A DNA stretch of 63,811 nucleotides, filler included, from Octopus bimaculoides (GCF_001194135.2; 7 parts of 5 records of this genome joined end to end with filler, not necessarily neighbours in it); one strand, 5' to 3'. Positions 14,045-29,377 are shown, counted from the whole stretch's first letter. Notes: generated by a model not told the origin, from the letters alone. Numbers and translations: made by a program.

Positions 14045-14098
14045 TATGAACTTATCACGTGCAGTTGCAATTAAGCAACTGCACGTGATAAGTTCATA
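14045..14098. repeat. Perfect 24-bp inverted repeat with 6-nt loop
   Basis: TATGAACTTATCACGTGCAGTTGC-aattaa-GCAACTGCACGTGATAAGTTCATA. Confidence 0.95.
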
Positions 14099-14829
14099 CC
14101 ACGTGTGTATTACGATAAGACACAGGTAAATATGTCCACATGTGGTGTTGCTTACGTAAAACCTTATTAAATATGGCCAAAACAAACCAGAGTGGGTTTG
14201 TGTATGTGTGCATGTATCTATGTATGTTTGTTAGCATAAATATGGTACATATACGCACAAGCAGACTTGTGCACGCACTTAAGTTTCAGTGTGTGTGTAT
14301 GTGTGTGCGCGTGTGTATGTATATATATATATATATATGTATATATATGTGTGTGTGTGTGTGTGTTTAATGCACGTGTAGAGCGTCATAATTTTATTTC
14401 AGATAGTTATTCAGTAGGTTCGTAACTTATAAACAATAACGGTCTCACATCCCGGGAAGAAATTCGAGGAAGGGACCTTAAGGTATGTCTCATATGTAGC
14501 GTTGTACTTATTCAATATGAGACGTCAGCTGCGCCTACTTAGATGTTGCGAGCGTATAAAAATTGTTTTCACTTTCTGGCGTACCAAATGTTAGAAATGG
14601 CGGTAAATATATTTGGTAAATATATTTGGTGTTACGCAGGTGATCCGTGAAATAGTCTGGGTGGAGCTGAAATAGTTAATGTCTCGGTAAAACCATCGAT
14701 TAACGGCGGAAAGAAGCTGATATATATATAGGAAAAATAAAAGTTGAAAATGCACTGAGGATAGTTAAAATAATTTTTTATTATGAATATATTTATAGCT
14801 TTAACCAGTTTCACAATTTACACTGATTA

Positions 14830-14995
14830 TCAAATAGAAAGACGTCGTTTATGTCGTAGGTGCCTTGCTTCTGACTAGTGTTTATAGGGAGTATATACTA
14901 ATTTGAGCCATGAACTCCCTAAAAAGTATAGGGCAAGTTTCAAGCATTGATCAGAAGCAAGACAGTTACGACATAAGCGACGTCTTTCTATTTGA
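14830..14995. mobile_element. MITE with ~55-bp TIRs and TTA target-site duplication (Tourist/PIF-Harbinger-like)
   Basis: TTA-TCAAATAGAAAGACGTCGTTTATGTCGTA..CTTGCTTCTGA is inverted relative to TCAGAAGCAAG..TACGACATAAGCGACGTCTTTCTATTTGA-TTA. Confidence 0.8.
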
Positions 14996-16156
14996 TTAAG
15001 TAATATCATTCTTGACAACACCTAATATTTCTCAAATTTACTACTTATTGCAGAGTGTAAGGAAATTGTTCAATTCAGAATTCAGTAACTTTTGTAAATA
15101 CAAGCAAAGAAATCTCTGAATTGAACAGAAAAAATTCAGCAAATTTGCAAACTTCGTTTATATTTATTTCAGTTTACAGTTTCTGCATTCACTTCAAATT
15201 TAATGCATTTGGCAGTTTATTATTTGCAGCAATTTACAGTAACATATCAGAAATATTACACTTCTTGAAAACACACACATAAATGTATACATGTATATAC
15301 ATACACACACACAGACGCACGCGCGCACACACACACACACACNNNNNNNNNNNNNNNNNNNNNNNNNNNNNNATATATATATATATATATATATAAAGGC
15401 ATCAATAAATTGTGCTAAATCAGCGACAGATTACATCTACCCACCAACCAGGTGAGAGTCTCAAAGACGAGTACGATACCTGGTTGAAAGACATCTGGTA
15501 CAACTTCTCGCCTTTCCGAAAATCTTCAACGCTGTAGGTCTCTATCGAAACACGAATGAACAAAAAGCAAATTCAACCGCGATTTGATTTGAACTGGGAG
15601 CGCAATCAGTTGGAACACATTGGTGTATTTATATAAATTACTTTTCTATTAGAGACCAGATCCTGCCAGGTTTATCTACCGAAGCTTTAATTCGAGACTG
15701 ATCGATAAAATACGTATGAGTCAAGAAGAAGGCTTAATTGAATCGACAACAATCTTTTCCCAAGATACCTGACATTTTTGCAAAGATAGGAATTATGAAT
15801 TACGGTCTTGCTTATAGTAATTTCAGCATCAGTCTTTGAATGCTAAATCGTTTCCGGTCACAAATACATGACAAATTCCGCGTTTTCTTTCATCTCTTAC
15901 ATTTTTCAGTAACAGAATCGCTGATCAGTACACAAACACGGTGGAGATTGAGAGTCGTAAAATATTACAGGGATTGTGTCTGAACTCAAGACGTGCAAGT
16001 TAGTTGCGATACTGAATTAAGGCATCCAAAAGTTCATTGTCGCAAGTCATTGTTTGCTTTCCTTTCTAAATGAGAATATTGAAATGAATGTGTTCACATG
16101 AGGGGCGCGTTCGTACACTATCATATATATATATATATATATACATATATACATAT

Positions 16157-16196
<40 letters not shown>

Positions 16197-16708
16197 GTAT
16201 ATACATACAAACAAACAAACATATAGAGATGTATTTTCTATATATTTATCCATTTATTTTCTATCTGCCTGTTTCTCCATCTATTTATCTGTCTATCTAT
16301 CTATCTATTTATCTATCTGTGTGTGTGTATATATTTGTGGGGTGCGGGTATGTATGTATATATTGAACATATTGCATTCTTGAAGAGTTGTATTTTTTTT
16401 CCTGGCACTTTTTCCAAAACTGCAAACTGTCATTCAGTGAAACATTTTGGTTTACTCTCTTTAATCATTGACAGAGTGCAAACAAAAATTTCAGATCAAG
16501 GGAAGCATATGAGACCGCATTCATTCAAGGGTTTGAATCCATTCATTACACACACCAAAGAAGATTATAAAACAAACTTATATATACCTGTATATATTTG
16601 TGTATGCGTGTGTGGATGTGTTTGTGCATGTACACACATATGTATCTATGTTTGCATGAATTTAGTGTGCACATATATGTATATGTGTGTATGTGTATGT
16701 ATGTGTGA

Positions 16709-16813
<105 letters not shown>

Positions 16814-17066
16814 GGTGCAGAGTTAATGGCAGTCGCGTAATGCAAATAAATTCATACACACACGCGCATAACAAATAATATGCTATTCAGTGAACGTTAC
16901 AAGACACAGCACTACTTTATTAATATACTTTACAACACTAGTTCCGAGAGAATACTTAGAAATAAAGGAAAGAATGCCCAGCAACTCAGGAAAATACGTA
17001 CAAATTATGTATAATACATATTTCCATATTTATATATAATCAACACAGAGACATACACACATATAC

Positions 17067-17099
<33 letters not shown>

Positions 17100-17104
17100 G
17101 AGAG

Positions 17105-17145
<41 letters not shown>

Positions 17146-18239
17146 TACATTTGTATTCAGAGAGGAAAAGAGAAATAGCGAGTGAGTGTGTAAGAACAAG
17201 AAAAAGGGAGAGTTAGGTATTGTTGACTCTTTAGTAATATCCTTATATCCTTTATGATGTATAACCAAAGTTATACCAGTTTATTAATGCCGTCCCATTT
17301 ATCTGTTTATGCATTTTATTTTTTGTTTCTAGTTTGTTGACTACATTCTTCAACGACTTATTTTCTTTTCGCTTTTTAAGACGACAGCGCGTGATTTGAA
17401 AACATTGGATGTAATTTCTAGCAACTCGAACAAACGCATAGAGGATAATTTAGTCCGGTGTTGAAAAACCGGTTCTCTTTGTGACCACGTACAAGAATAA
17501 CCTAAGAAAGAACATTGAACGCTTGTAGTCGTATCTTCATCATTGGTGGTAATATTCATCTTGTTTTTCTTTCATATTGTGCTTGTTTTTATTGTTTTGA
17601 AAACTAAGTGATTCATAACGAAGCATAAGTATTATCAGCGGTATGTCCATCCATAGCCATCCCTTCTTTTGAAAAGCCTGTCAAAGATTTTATTTTTCTT
17701 TATGTACATCGAGACGCAGACTTAATTATGCGGTTAAGAAATATGCTTTAGCAATCCAAGGTTTCTTGTTCAATCCTTCTCCTTGGAACTTTCGTCAAAT
17801 GACTTCTACTATTGCCCCAAGAAGACCAAAGTCTTGAAAATGAATTTGATGGAGTAAAACTGTGCAATAGTGTAATAAGTCCGTCCTGAATATATTCGTA
17901 TGTATCTAACTTACAGACCTATTTAAAAACGCACTGGCCGATGGTTACAGTTGCCACACCGGATATCAGGGCCTAAGTACCATAAAATTGTCAAAAAGGA
18001 CGCATCTATCTTGCTTTCACACGTTGATATATACCAGCGACTACTGTTGCTATCGTAATTGTTTTTATGATTACTACTACTTCGAACTAAAGCCATCCGA
18101 TCTGTTTTTCTCCTTTCTCTCACCTGTGTATAGATGTCAATCGGTGCGTGTGCGTCTAGCTATGTGTGTGAGGCTTTCTCCTCTTCCACGAGTACATTCC
18201 TGAAGAGTTTTATTTTTGTCTATATACATACACGCACAC

Positions 18240-18307
<68 letters not shown>

Positions 18308-19502
18308 TGAAGCGCTTTTGCATGTGAGTGGGTGGTTCTGTCTGTGCATGTCAAAGCATGAGAACCGACGTAGTTCGCCCTAAATTAACAGTAAAAAAGT
18401 CCCCCTACATTATCAGTAAAAATGAGACCGATAATATTCGTGTAGGAGTATGATTTCATTGGCTAACTATATCAAAACGTGCTCCAGCAAAATAATCATT
18501 TGAAGACCGATCCTTTTCTATGCGTATAGAATGTAATTTGTAGGATCTTTAGTTGGTATCACTAAAAATAGCGTTCATCTTCTGTAATTGTATGCAGGAA
18601 ATTAATGATATCAATCCATGCCGTTGCAAGTCAGAACTCATAGGCTTACAATCACCAACCTCCCCATATTTCTCAGAACTAAGGTTATATGTTCCAGTGT
18701 ATAAATACTCAGTTCTGGTTGCCAAATGGCACTTGATGAACATTTGGCTGCTGTGTCAAGCAATTTGAGGTGCCACGTGAAGATATCCTCATGAGTCATG
18801 CTTCATCACTTAGCAACATCCTAATTGTTTTGCTTTGAACTTTCTCGTTGCTGTCGTTATCATAATCGTTTCCTACTTTTCATTTGCCTGTCGTTGCGCT
18901 TCTATATACTTGTCAGTTTAAAATGCATGAAGGTGTTGAATTTACGGATAATTAATTTGCCGAAAAATCGTTCGTGAAATTAATTATCTAATCTTTGCTT
19001 TTATCTATTTACTTTATATTTTATACTTTTATGTTTGCACTTCTATTTTCTAAACCATTTTCACCGGAAAAAAATGATTATGAATCACTTGTGATCTTTG
19101 TTGTTACAGATGTTACGTTACGGGATTTCATTTTATTCCACTTAATTTTGCAAGCAGCATTGATTTCTTGGATATTTTTATATAATTTTTCGGTTTATAT
19201 ATATTAAATATCGTTAATATTATTGTAACTGTTGCGTTTGTTATTTCTTTATATCTACATTTAAAAAATATAAATTATGTAAAAAAAACAACATAAAGGC
19301 AATGTTAAAAATGAAAGAATCTGACTGCAAATGAAAAGGTGAGAATAGATAAACATGAAATGGAAAAGAAAGTTACTCACGTTTAGATATTTAGTTCTTC
19401 ACGACGGGGAGGGAGCGCGAAAAATCTTGTTTTTACGAAAGAATGGTAAGCCCGACCACACACATGTACGTATACATGTATACACATAAATAACTACTTC
19501 TC

Positions 19503-19621
<119 letters not shown>

Positions 19622-21884
19622 ATTTATATATATATATAACAGAATACATTTGTGTCTGTGTTTGTGTATGTCTGACTATCTGCAATACTCGAGAACTACC
19701 CAACTGATTTCATTTAAATTTTACACGTGACTTTCTTAGGGACCAGGCAGTGTCAGGGGCGAAAAACATGTTCAACATCTTGACTAATACGCGCCCAGAG
19801 CGATCTTACATCTCTTAACATGTTTCAGTATTACGTGTCAAAATAATGTGATATAATAGTTTCACAATTATATGCTTTCAATTTCAATTATTTTAAACAA
19901 CGAAAGAAACAAAGAGAGAAACTACACAGGCAACATAAAGAAGATTCCCTTTATCAGTTCTCATCTGTTTTATTTACTCCGCGTTTCGACGGGACTTCTT
20001 ACATGCTAAAATGCCAGTTTAACCCGAACCACGAAAAGAATAAATCTAAAGGCACACCGGTAATGGCACTAGAATGTATAGAACCAAAGAGCGACCGAGA
20101 GAGAGAGAGAGGGAGAGAGAGAGAGAGGGAGAGAGAGAGAGACTATACACACAGAATGAGAGGGAGAGAGAGAGAGAGACTATACACACAGAATGAGAGG
20201 GAGAGAGAGAGAGTTACAGGTATGTACTTAATGACTAAACATATATATTCATATGTGTTTGTGAGTGTTTTTAAGTATTCGTGTGCGCGTGTGTATATAT
20301 TTGGCTGTGTATTTGCGTCGATATTTATGTATGTACAAGTGTGTTTGTAGTATTTATTGAAGGTGAGAGACGTTACATGGCTGTTCAGCGTTCGATGCGA
20401 ACGATCGTCAGAAAAAAACGGTAACTTTAGGACGAAAAGTATAACCAAATATTATGTGGGGATGATCTCTTGGCGAATATTCCATTGAATATTTAAAGCT
20501 AATTGTAGAGATGGTTGTCACATGTGAAACATTTTTTGCAATTTGTTGGGTAACACATTGATCGTTAACACAATTTATATAAATATTCATAGCGTGGGAA
20601 ATAAATTTTAATTAAAAGAAATTTTATGCTTCGGTATTGTGAATTAGTTATCTGCAGACAAGCTAATATTCCAAGGAAGAATCATTTTAAATATTAAGAA
20701 ATATAATCAAATATTTTCACGATAATATAAACATTAAAAAGAAAGAGTTCGATTCTTTTACATCGTTGGTGTACAAACGTAAGTTATAAAGTTTCAGTGA
20801 ATCTAATATAGATAAGCGATTCGTTCCCAAGTATATAATAGATGGACCATACTCAGGATCTTACATGCATAATGACAATTTATCGGGCAATGGTTTAGTG
20901 TTTAGTTCCAGATCATCACAGTCCTAAATTCTTATATTTCAGTGGGATATTTGAATGCGGCTTCAAAACGTGGCTTTACCTATGCAAAAAAAACGCATGT
21001 AAATATCCGTAAACATCTCGCCTACGTCTCTCACAAAGGAGTTTGCTTTGGCGTCCATAAAAAATCACTGATCAGTTATAGAAAGAGTAAATCCATGCAA
21101 GCAAAACTCTTATCGCCATTCCATTAAGATGTCCGTTATGTTTAAGTGAGACGTATTTTATTCTATTCCGGGAGAAACCGGCTTTAAATCGAAAATCTGA
21201 ATTATTGAAATGTTGCAGACATTTCTCGAAACTTTTGTTTTCGATGTCACATCAATTAGACATTATGTGCATAGCTATTCCCATCCATTAGAGTGCTTAT
21301 TGTTATCATCACTTGGCGAGACAGTAAGATGTTACCACGCCGGACAAAGGACTTAGCGAAAAATTTTCCGACTCTTCTGAACTCAATTTTTCCGACTCCT
21401 TCTGAACTCAAATACAGCTGAGATCGATAAAAATGTACCTGTTGAGCACATTGATTGATTTTATTGATTTCCTCTCCTTCTAAAATTGCTGGCGTTTTGC
21501 AAAAATTAAAAAGTGTTACTATTTGAAGTATATCACGAAGTTCCTTTCGAATACACAATATCATCGTCATAAATATTTAAAATAGGACTTTTCTTATCAG
21601 TTTAATTATTAATCCCGTTTTACTTTGCCTCTATTGATCGTTTTCGCGCGTTTCCCTCGATAATATCCAATTGATGTTTGTGTGAGTATTATCGTTTTTT
21701 TTTTTTGTATTTTTATGGCCCCAGGCAAAAATGCACAGCAGTATGCTTTTCTTTGCTTCCATCGCAATAGATCGATCTCTTTAGGAAATATCGCCCTATA
21801 GTGTATAACGTCAGCCCGCTCCCTACCACTTACCAACATCTATGTATCTTCTATCGTTTACCTTTTAATAAATACCGTTATTAA

Positions 21885-22070
21885 ACTGCGGGTCATGCTG
21901 TAGCACCGACATGAAAAATTTGGTCGAACGAATGACCTCAGAACTTCTTTTTTAAGCCCGGTATTTATTCCAACGGTCAATTTTGCTACACCAAAAGGTT
22001 ACCGTGACGTGAACAAACAAAAACGTAGTTTGTCAAGTAGTAGTGGATGACCAACACAGCCACGAAAACA
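21885..22070 (-). mobile_element. Tail module of SINE family B
   Basis: CTGCGGGTCATGCTGTAGCACCG..GGTCGAACGAATGACC..GTGACGTGAACAAAC..TGTCAAGT matches 37245-37385. Confidence 0.6.
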
Positions 22071-23319
22071 CATACAATATATATATTGGATGCTTTAGAT
22101 CCTTTTGAAGGAATTGTTGTTTTCTTCGTTTGATTTATAATATATATATATATATATTATTTCTGTGTTCCTTTCAGTCGAAAGGCGTAGGCTCGAAACG
22201 TAAAACACTTTTTCATTTCGAGAGCGTTAAACAAATGCATCTGTTTGTTGTACACCCGTCGTCGACTTTTGGTTTTTTGTACATTCTCACTATATATATG
22301 ACGGTGTTCTTTCAGTTACCATTCTCAACAAACGTCTTATCACAGACCCACACCTGTGCCTAGACCAACAGGCACCTAACTACTTTCTATCAATAACATG
22401 TAAACGTATGTCTTGTATCCAGTTTATCACCATCGGGAGTGAAACTGGTCGTTTACATGAAACATGGATTAAAAGTTCGTAATGATGATATACTGGGAAA
22501 GTTAAACTTATAGGCGGGATCTTTAAGCACTCGACTGAAAATTGGTAGAGGATTATTGAATGTTGACAGAATAAAGAATGTAAGTGGTTCTTGAAGCTAT
22601 AAAAACCGTTACAGAGAAAATAGAATTTAGTAATAATTGCATGTTCTACCAGAGAGGTATCAGCTGTTGTACGCTGATACGAAAGAAAAAATATTTATTT
22701 ATTACATAATGCTGCTTAGTGTAAATTTATTTGGCGTTTGGAGATGAATGATAAAAATTGTAAACATTATCTAAGCACAGTAGATATTTGTGACACTTAG
22801 ACATTTGAGATAATGTTGAAAATGCTCATATTTCGAAATAGTTATCGGAATATGCATAATTGTCTGAAAATTGCTTCATGTAACCCATTTAGAAAAATAC
22901 AAAAAAAAAGGATAAAGTATGAAGCCATAAGAAAGACAAGCGCGAAACTGTTTTGCGGTATATAACAAAACAATAAAATCTATAAGATTATTAAGCAAAA
23001 AAAAAAAAATACGCAAAATGTAGTTTGCTTCACAACTTATATAACATTGGTAACTAGATAGACGTGGATTTATATTTTTCACGCCTACAACCACAAATAT
23101 TAAACAGAAAGATAAGCAGCAAAATGTAAACACCCGTATATACATGGTTATTCATAGCTGTCTACATAGATGATTGTACATGTATATATATACATATATA
23201 TATATATATAAATACATATACATATATACATATGTAGACACATACATAGATATATATATATACATATATATATATGCAAACATATATATATATATATAAG
23301 CACACATACACATGCACAG

Positions 23320-23353
<34 letters not shown>

Positions 23354-23360
23354 ATGTATT

Positions 23361-23422
<62 letters not shown>

Positions 23423-25521
23423 AATGTTATGGGTCAAAATTGTTGACAGCTTTGAAGCCGTTTGTTTACAGAACTGCCGAAGACGTAATCGTGAGTTCCT
23501 ATATCAAAGAAGAAAATGTTTTCATTACAAGCAGAACTATTGTTTACGGTTCAGCTACACCTAATATTTATTCATATTCTTTACATCTTAGAAATCAAGT
23601 ACTTTATATTTTGTTGTAGTAAGTGTGTGTAAGTTTTTCTTTGTGTTTTTGTTTTTTATATATATAGCCATAGCTCCGTTCTCTGTGATTTTGTCAAAAC
23701 TATATATTTATGTGAATTTTGTTTTTATGCACGGCTCAATGGGCAAATTTCTGTTTAAATTCCCTTGGGACTATTGTGTTCGATAAAAACGCATTTTATG
23801 CGTAAAGTTCAATACAAATTTCTCTCATATGCTCTACACGTCCTGAAATGCATATGCCATTTTGTTGTTCTCGTTTTCTTCTTAATGTTCGATCTATGAC
23901 CGCTGATTCAGATTTAAAGCTGCCTCCATTTAAACATATACTTATTTGTTTGTTTTACTCCATGTGGTATTCGGGAACTTTATTCTTAAACAGAACTTTC
24001 CAGATACGAAGCATGACGAGAGGAATGTGTCTTCAAAGAAATACATATCATATATGCAAAAGGGCCGGCATCGGTGAAGGCAACCAAGAAAATTTTCCGG
24101 AAAAACGGCCGCAAATATTTGCAACGAATATGATATTATTTATCAGTGTGTGATTCAGCCAAGGCGCTACTGAGTTGTCCATACATATACACATACATGC
24201 ATACATAATATCAACTTGCATACATCCATTCATACATACATACATACATACATACATACATTCATACATACATATATACATACATACAATAATACAAATG
24301 TTGAGGAAATACGATAAGAGTGGCACACCTAAAGAAGGACGGAATAAAGAGTGAAAGAAAAGATTAAACATTTGTTACCCGATCTCTGTGCGTAGTGCTT
24401 GGCATGCAAAATACTCTTCTCTCGAGCCAGTCTTTGTGAATTTATTTCACCCTTTCTTTAGAAAAATAACAAAATCGCGTCCAATGAACAACACATATTC
24501 TGCGGTAAAATTAACAGACCATTTTCTTTCGTAGACTCACCGTGCACTTGATTGCTTTCTTCTCGAAGGCATTCGAAAGATTTTCTACCAGAAAAGGATT
24601 GATTTTTTCCTTCTCCTAATATTTTTCAGGAACTTGATAAAAATATTATTGGCGTAACCCTCCCAACTCTGACCATAATATAACATGTTCAAAGGCTATG
24701 AAGATATAATGATAAATGTAAAGGAGTTTGAAATGTGTTATAAGAAAAGATCAAACGTAAAACAAAATGTCGCTTGTGAAAAGATATGAATATCATAAGT
24801 AGCATTTTGCGAAAGAAGTATTTCGAAACAATGTGTAAGAAGAACCAATCCTTAATTCCCACAGACAAGGGAGAAATAGACAAAGAATGAATGTCTGTGA
24901 TTGTATTTGCACTTAAGAGTTATAGGATGAAATTGTATGTAAGTATGTATGTTTGTATGTATGTATTTATGTATTTATGTATGCATGTATGTATGTATGT
25001 ATGTGTATTTGTGACCGTGTGTGCGTTTCTGTTGTGTGTAGATGAATTTTCCTCGTGATTGTCCGTGATTACTATAATGTGCTTGTTCGTTTGTTTGCGC
25101 GTCAGTACATCCGCCCTTGTCTCTTTCTATGTATTTGTGTACGTCAGAGGGAAATTCAGAATGGTGGAGTGATAGAGGAAGGAAGACAGAACAGAGAAAA
25201 GGAGAAAAGGAGAGGGAGAGAGAGAGAGAGAGCGTAAAGGAGAAGAAGCCAGAAACAAAACGGTTTTCATCTTCCTATCAAAGCCACCGCTTTATTTTAG
25301 TTCCTTCTTAGAAGGCAATCGCACTTAGAACGTATTTTTTACTAGCATTCTGTTACACATACACACACGCACACACGCACACGCGCACAGACACACACAC
25401 ATTCACACACACAATCAAACATACACTCATACATACATACATACATGTATATAAATGTATGTATGTATGTATGTATATGTCTATATTTATATCTGTCTAT
25501 CTATCTATATATATATAATTA

Positions 25522-25935
25522 TTGGGGCATCCCATAAATAATGCGGGTTTTTATACTTATATTCTTCAATATTAAGATACACAAAGTTCTTTTTTTTTTT
25601 ATCTAGAAATAAAACGCTCCTTCATTTTCTAAAATGCTCTTCCATCTACCCGGTAGATTGCAAGGCCCATCTTCCAAAATTCACTTGTCCGTGACGAAAA
25701 GTATCCCTACAGTTCTGTTCTGATTTCGTCTACAGAGCTCATATTTTTCCCGATCGAATTATTCTTAAGTCTGCGGAATAATCGACAATGAGATGAGTCA
25801 ATGTACCACGAATATGGTGAGTGGGACATCGTTTCCCATTCAAACTGTTCGAGTTTGTGCAATTTGATCCTCGCTGCATGTGACGGAACTTTATCTGGCT
25901 GATCCAAGAGATAGACGTCACAGAGTATTGTTGTG
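25522..25935 (-). mobile_element. Mariner transposase C-terminal relic with right TIR
   Basis: HAARIKLHKLEQFEWETMSHSPYS..DSSHCRLFRRLKN resembles mariner WE.L.HPPYSPD..PSD..LF..L.N. TIR-like TTGGGGCATCCCATAAATAATGCGG follows TA at 25520-25521. Confidence 0.75.
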
Positions 25936-27739
25936 GCATTTGTAGCTATCTTCGTGCTTCCAGCTTTGAACTGCAGAGCCACATGTGCTCTTATTGCTGA
26001 GAACACAAGCTTTGTCATCATCGGACACCAACAGATAACCAATATATTATACATACATGTACCTATATGCTTACTTATATAGAAACATACATGCAGATAG
26101 GTGAATGCAACTATATATAATATATATATGAGTGCGTGCTCTTATGCATATATATGTGCAGCAATATATATATACGTGTGTGTGTGTATTCTTGTTTATT
26201 TGTACGTATATAAAGAAATTGGAACTAAATGTTTACGTGTTTACAAGTACATGCACAAATTACATACGCTTTGTTTTTCGGCGTGTATGTGCATATGTGT
26301 GTTTGCCTCAGCGTTAATGAACTATTTCATTCTACACTGTTAATTTGTTGCACTGATATGACTTATTAGAAATAAATAAGCATCTTTTGAATGCCTACTA
26401 GACTTCATTTCTATAAATATTTTCTACGCACTAAGTTATGTTGATGATCTTGTGTTTAATGGCGGATCAGATATCCTGGTTCTCTTAGTGCGAAGTCTCT
26501 CAGTGATTTCTGTGTGTATCTTTGCATGTTTGTTATTATTTAAGCGTGGCAGCGGAGTGTCCTTTCCTTGGAGATACGATGTAGTGCTGCTATATTTTTG
26601 AGTTGTGATAATGTATTAGATATGACGTGTCATATTCTATGAAGTTGAACTAAACGTCCTTGGCTTTGTGATAAAAAAGAATCAGTGAGGCTTTAAACAT
26701 TTTGATGGAGATTATGTGGAATATACATTGTATAATTTGCAAAATTTCAATAATCGATAATAAAATATTTTATAAGGTACAGAATAACATTCCCATTGTA
26801 ATTATTGTTATTAATTTTTCTCTATCGCTCTCTAAAGACACACGTATATAGACACACACCTCCACACATATGTACTCATACAAACAAACATAGACAGACG
26901 TACACTGAGACACGTGTTTATTTTAATTGGGATTTAATATATAGATATACTTGGAAAAGGACGTTGGACGTTGAAATAAAGCAATCGTCATTACCTTAAG
27001 CAAAATTACAGGAGCATTAGTGGTACTTAAATGATTAATTCAGGCCCAATAATAAACACTACATTTCTGCGATTAATTTGTTCCTATTTATGAACACTGG
27101 AGGGATGAAGATAAATAGCAACTTTGAAATCGTCGAGATTTGAACTGAGAATATTAAGAGCCGAAAAACCTACTGAAAATCATTTTTTTCCGATATTATA
27201 TAATTGTGAAGAAACGGTCCAAGGCAGCACCTTATGTTTGTTTGTTTGTTTAAGTATCGGTTTAATGGCCACTAACAGTACCCACTGACGAAGTTAGATA
27301 TCAACATTGGTAATATTATTCCACCAATAATCCAATATCTTACTTGTCTCCACTTTGTAGTGATGTGACTATCACCCGATAAACGGTCAGTAATATATAC
27401 ATATATACAAGCATAATACATACGTACATACACGCACACATATATATACACATATATATGTGTATGTATATGTATATATATGTGCGTGTGCATATGTGTA
27501 TATATATATATATGTATGTATGTATACAAACATATACGGATTGAATTGTTTAGTATGTCTAATGATAGGCGATACGAACTTTTGCTAGCGCTGTGATGTG
27601 TGATCTGATAGCCATGGACAAATATAAACAAATGCCTTTATAATTAATATGTGTGCTTGTATACGTGTACTTATGATAGAGTGAATGACTGAGTGAGTAT
27701 GTGTGTGTGTGAGAGAGAAAGAGAGAGACAGACAGATAA

Positions 27740-27807
<68 letters not shown>

Positions 27808-27960
27808 TTCTGTCTCCGCGTGTGTTCCCAAATGATTTATTCATGAACGAGTCAGTAGAAAATTGTATAGTTCTGAAAACGAGATATTTGTTAGGAGGGA
27901 AAAAAAGATCGGCATATTAAAGGAACACAGACAGAAAGAATAATATACAAAAATAACAAA

Positions 27961-28060
27961 NNNNNNNNNNNNNNNNNNNNNNNNNNNNNNNNNNNNNNNN
28001 NNNNTTAATTAATTAANNNNNNNNNNNNNNNNNNNNNNNNNNNNNNNNNNNNNNNNNNNN
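27961..28060. other. Artificial scaffold linker 44N-TTAATTAATTAA-44N (12-mer at 28005 here, also at 34623, 37010, 48663, 60484 and 62442)
   Basis: The identical palindromic 12-mer has stops in all six frames and is always centred in a 100-nt N block. Confidence 0.97.
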
Positions 28061-28189
28061 GCGAACACTCCTAGAGGCCTTATACCATCCCCTCCCCTAC
28101 CTTGGGTAGCGCATAAAGATTGTGTAGTGTATGCAGGTTGTAGGTATCGTTTTGTTTATGAATTCTGCCAAATGCAAGCTTTCTTTTCA

Positions 28190-29377
28190 GGTACACGACA
28201 TTGCTTTCCCCCATCCCAGGGTCACACAGGCCAACACCTCCCACACTGTCAAAATTGGCACGCTGAAAGGAAGGTCTGGTGAGATTGTTGAGATGCTTTA
28301 ACGGAGATGCATAGATTTGTGCTGCATCCAAGTAGTAAGATGGCGAGGAGGTTCCACGAGGTTCCTCACACAAAAAGAACACAGGTACAAGATTTTCTGG
28401 GCAGGGAACACTGATGGGGTCGGGGGCGTGGGAATACTTCTAGCAGAGAAATGGGTTGATAAGGTAATAGAGGTAGTCAGAGTATGTGACAGAGTACTTA
28501 AGATTAGACTAGTGCTTCATCATAGGTTAGCTACCATCATCTCGGCCTATGCCCCTCAACCGGGGCTACCAGATGGGCTGAAAGACCAATTTTACAATGC
28601 CCTCCTGCAAACTACCTTGTTGACGAATGACAGGGACCTTCTCTTTGTGGCTGGTGATTTCAATGGTCATGTTGGACGTCATGCAGGGGGCTTCCATGGT
28701 GTACATGGAGGCTATGGCTTCAGTTCCCGCAATGAGGAGGGAACCAGAATGCTGGAGTTCCGTGATGCAAACGATCTTATGGTTTGCAATACCAACTTCA
28801 GGAAACCTGCCTGTCACCTAGTCACCTACCGTTCCGGCAGAGACTCTAGCCAAATCGACTACATCCTTGCCAGAAATAGGGAAAGACGGTGGCTTATAAA
28901 TGCCAAAACGTTCCCTGGCGAAGAATGTACCCCTCAACACAGATTAGTAGTTAGCGACTTCAGGATCAAGGCAAAATGGATGCCCAGAAGTAGACCGGCT
29001 TGGAGGAGAAGGGTGTGGAAGCTTAAAAATATTGCAAATGGACAGAGATTTAGAGACATATTACTTGAAGCATTTGACGAAATACAAGGGGATATAGCAT
29101 CATACAACGTGGAAGACAATTGGAGGTTTCTATGGCACAATCTGCTGAGAGGCACTGACCAGATCTGTGGCTGGTATAAAGTCTCCTCTCGACCCAAAGT
29201 AACATGGTGGTGGAACAATTTTGTTGACAGGGCTATTAGACAAAAGAAACAGGCCTGGAAGGACTGTGATAGCAGTGAATTGTATCAGACTGCTAGAAGG
29301 GAAGCTAGGAGACAGGTTTATTTAGCCAGAGGGGAAGCAGATAAGAAAAAGTTTGCCAATGTTCTGCGCCATGAGGA
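28190..29377 (+). mobile_element. RTE-clade LINE fragment: APE endonuclease and linker (decayed)
   Basis: LKGRSGEIVEML*RRCIDLCCIQVVRWRGG, GVGILL, ISAYAPQ, VAGDFNGHVG, SQIDYIL, PQHRLVVSDF, WWWN. Premature TAA at 28299-28301. Confidence 0.92.

Noticed and set aside
28005-28016. Recurrent palindrome TTAATTAATTAA (six copies) as a regulatory or recombination site
   Set aside because: Always centred in a 100-nt N block and encodes stops in six frames, so it is a scaffolding artefact.
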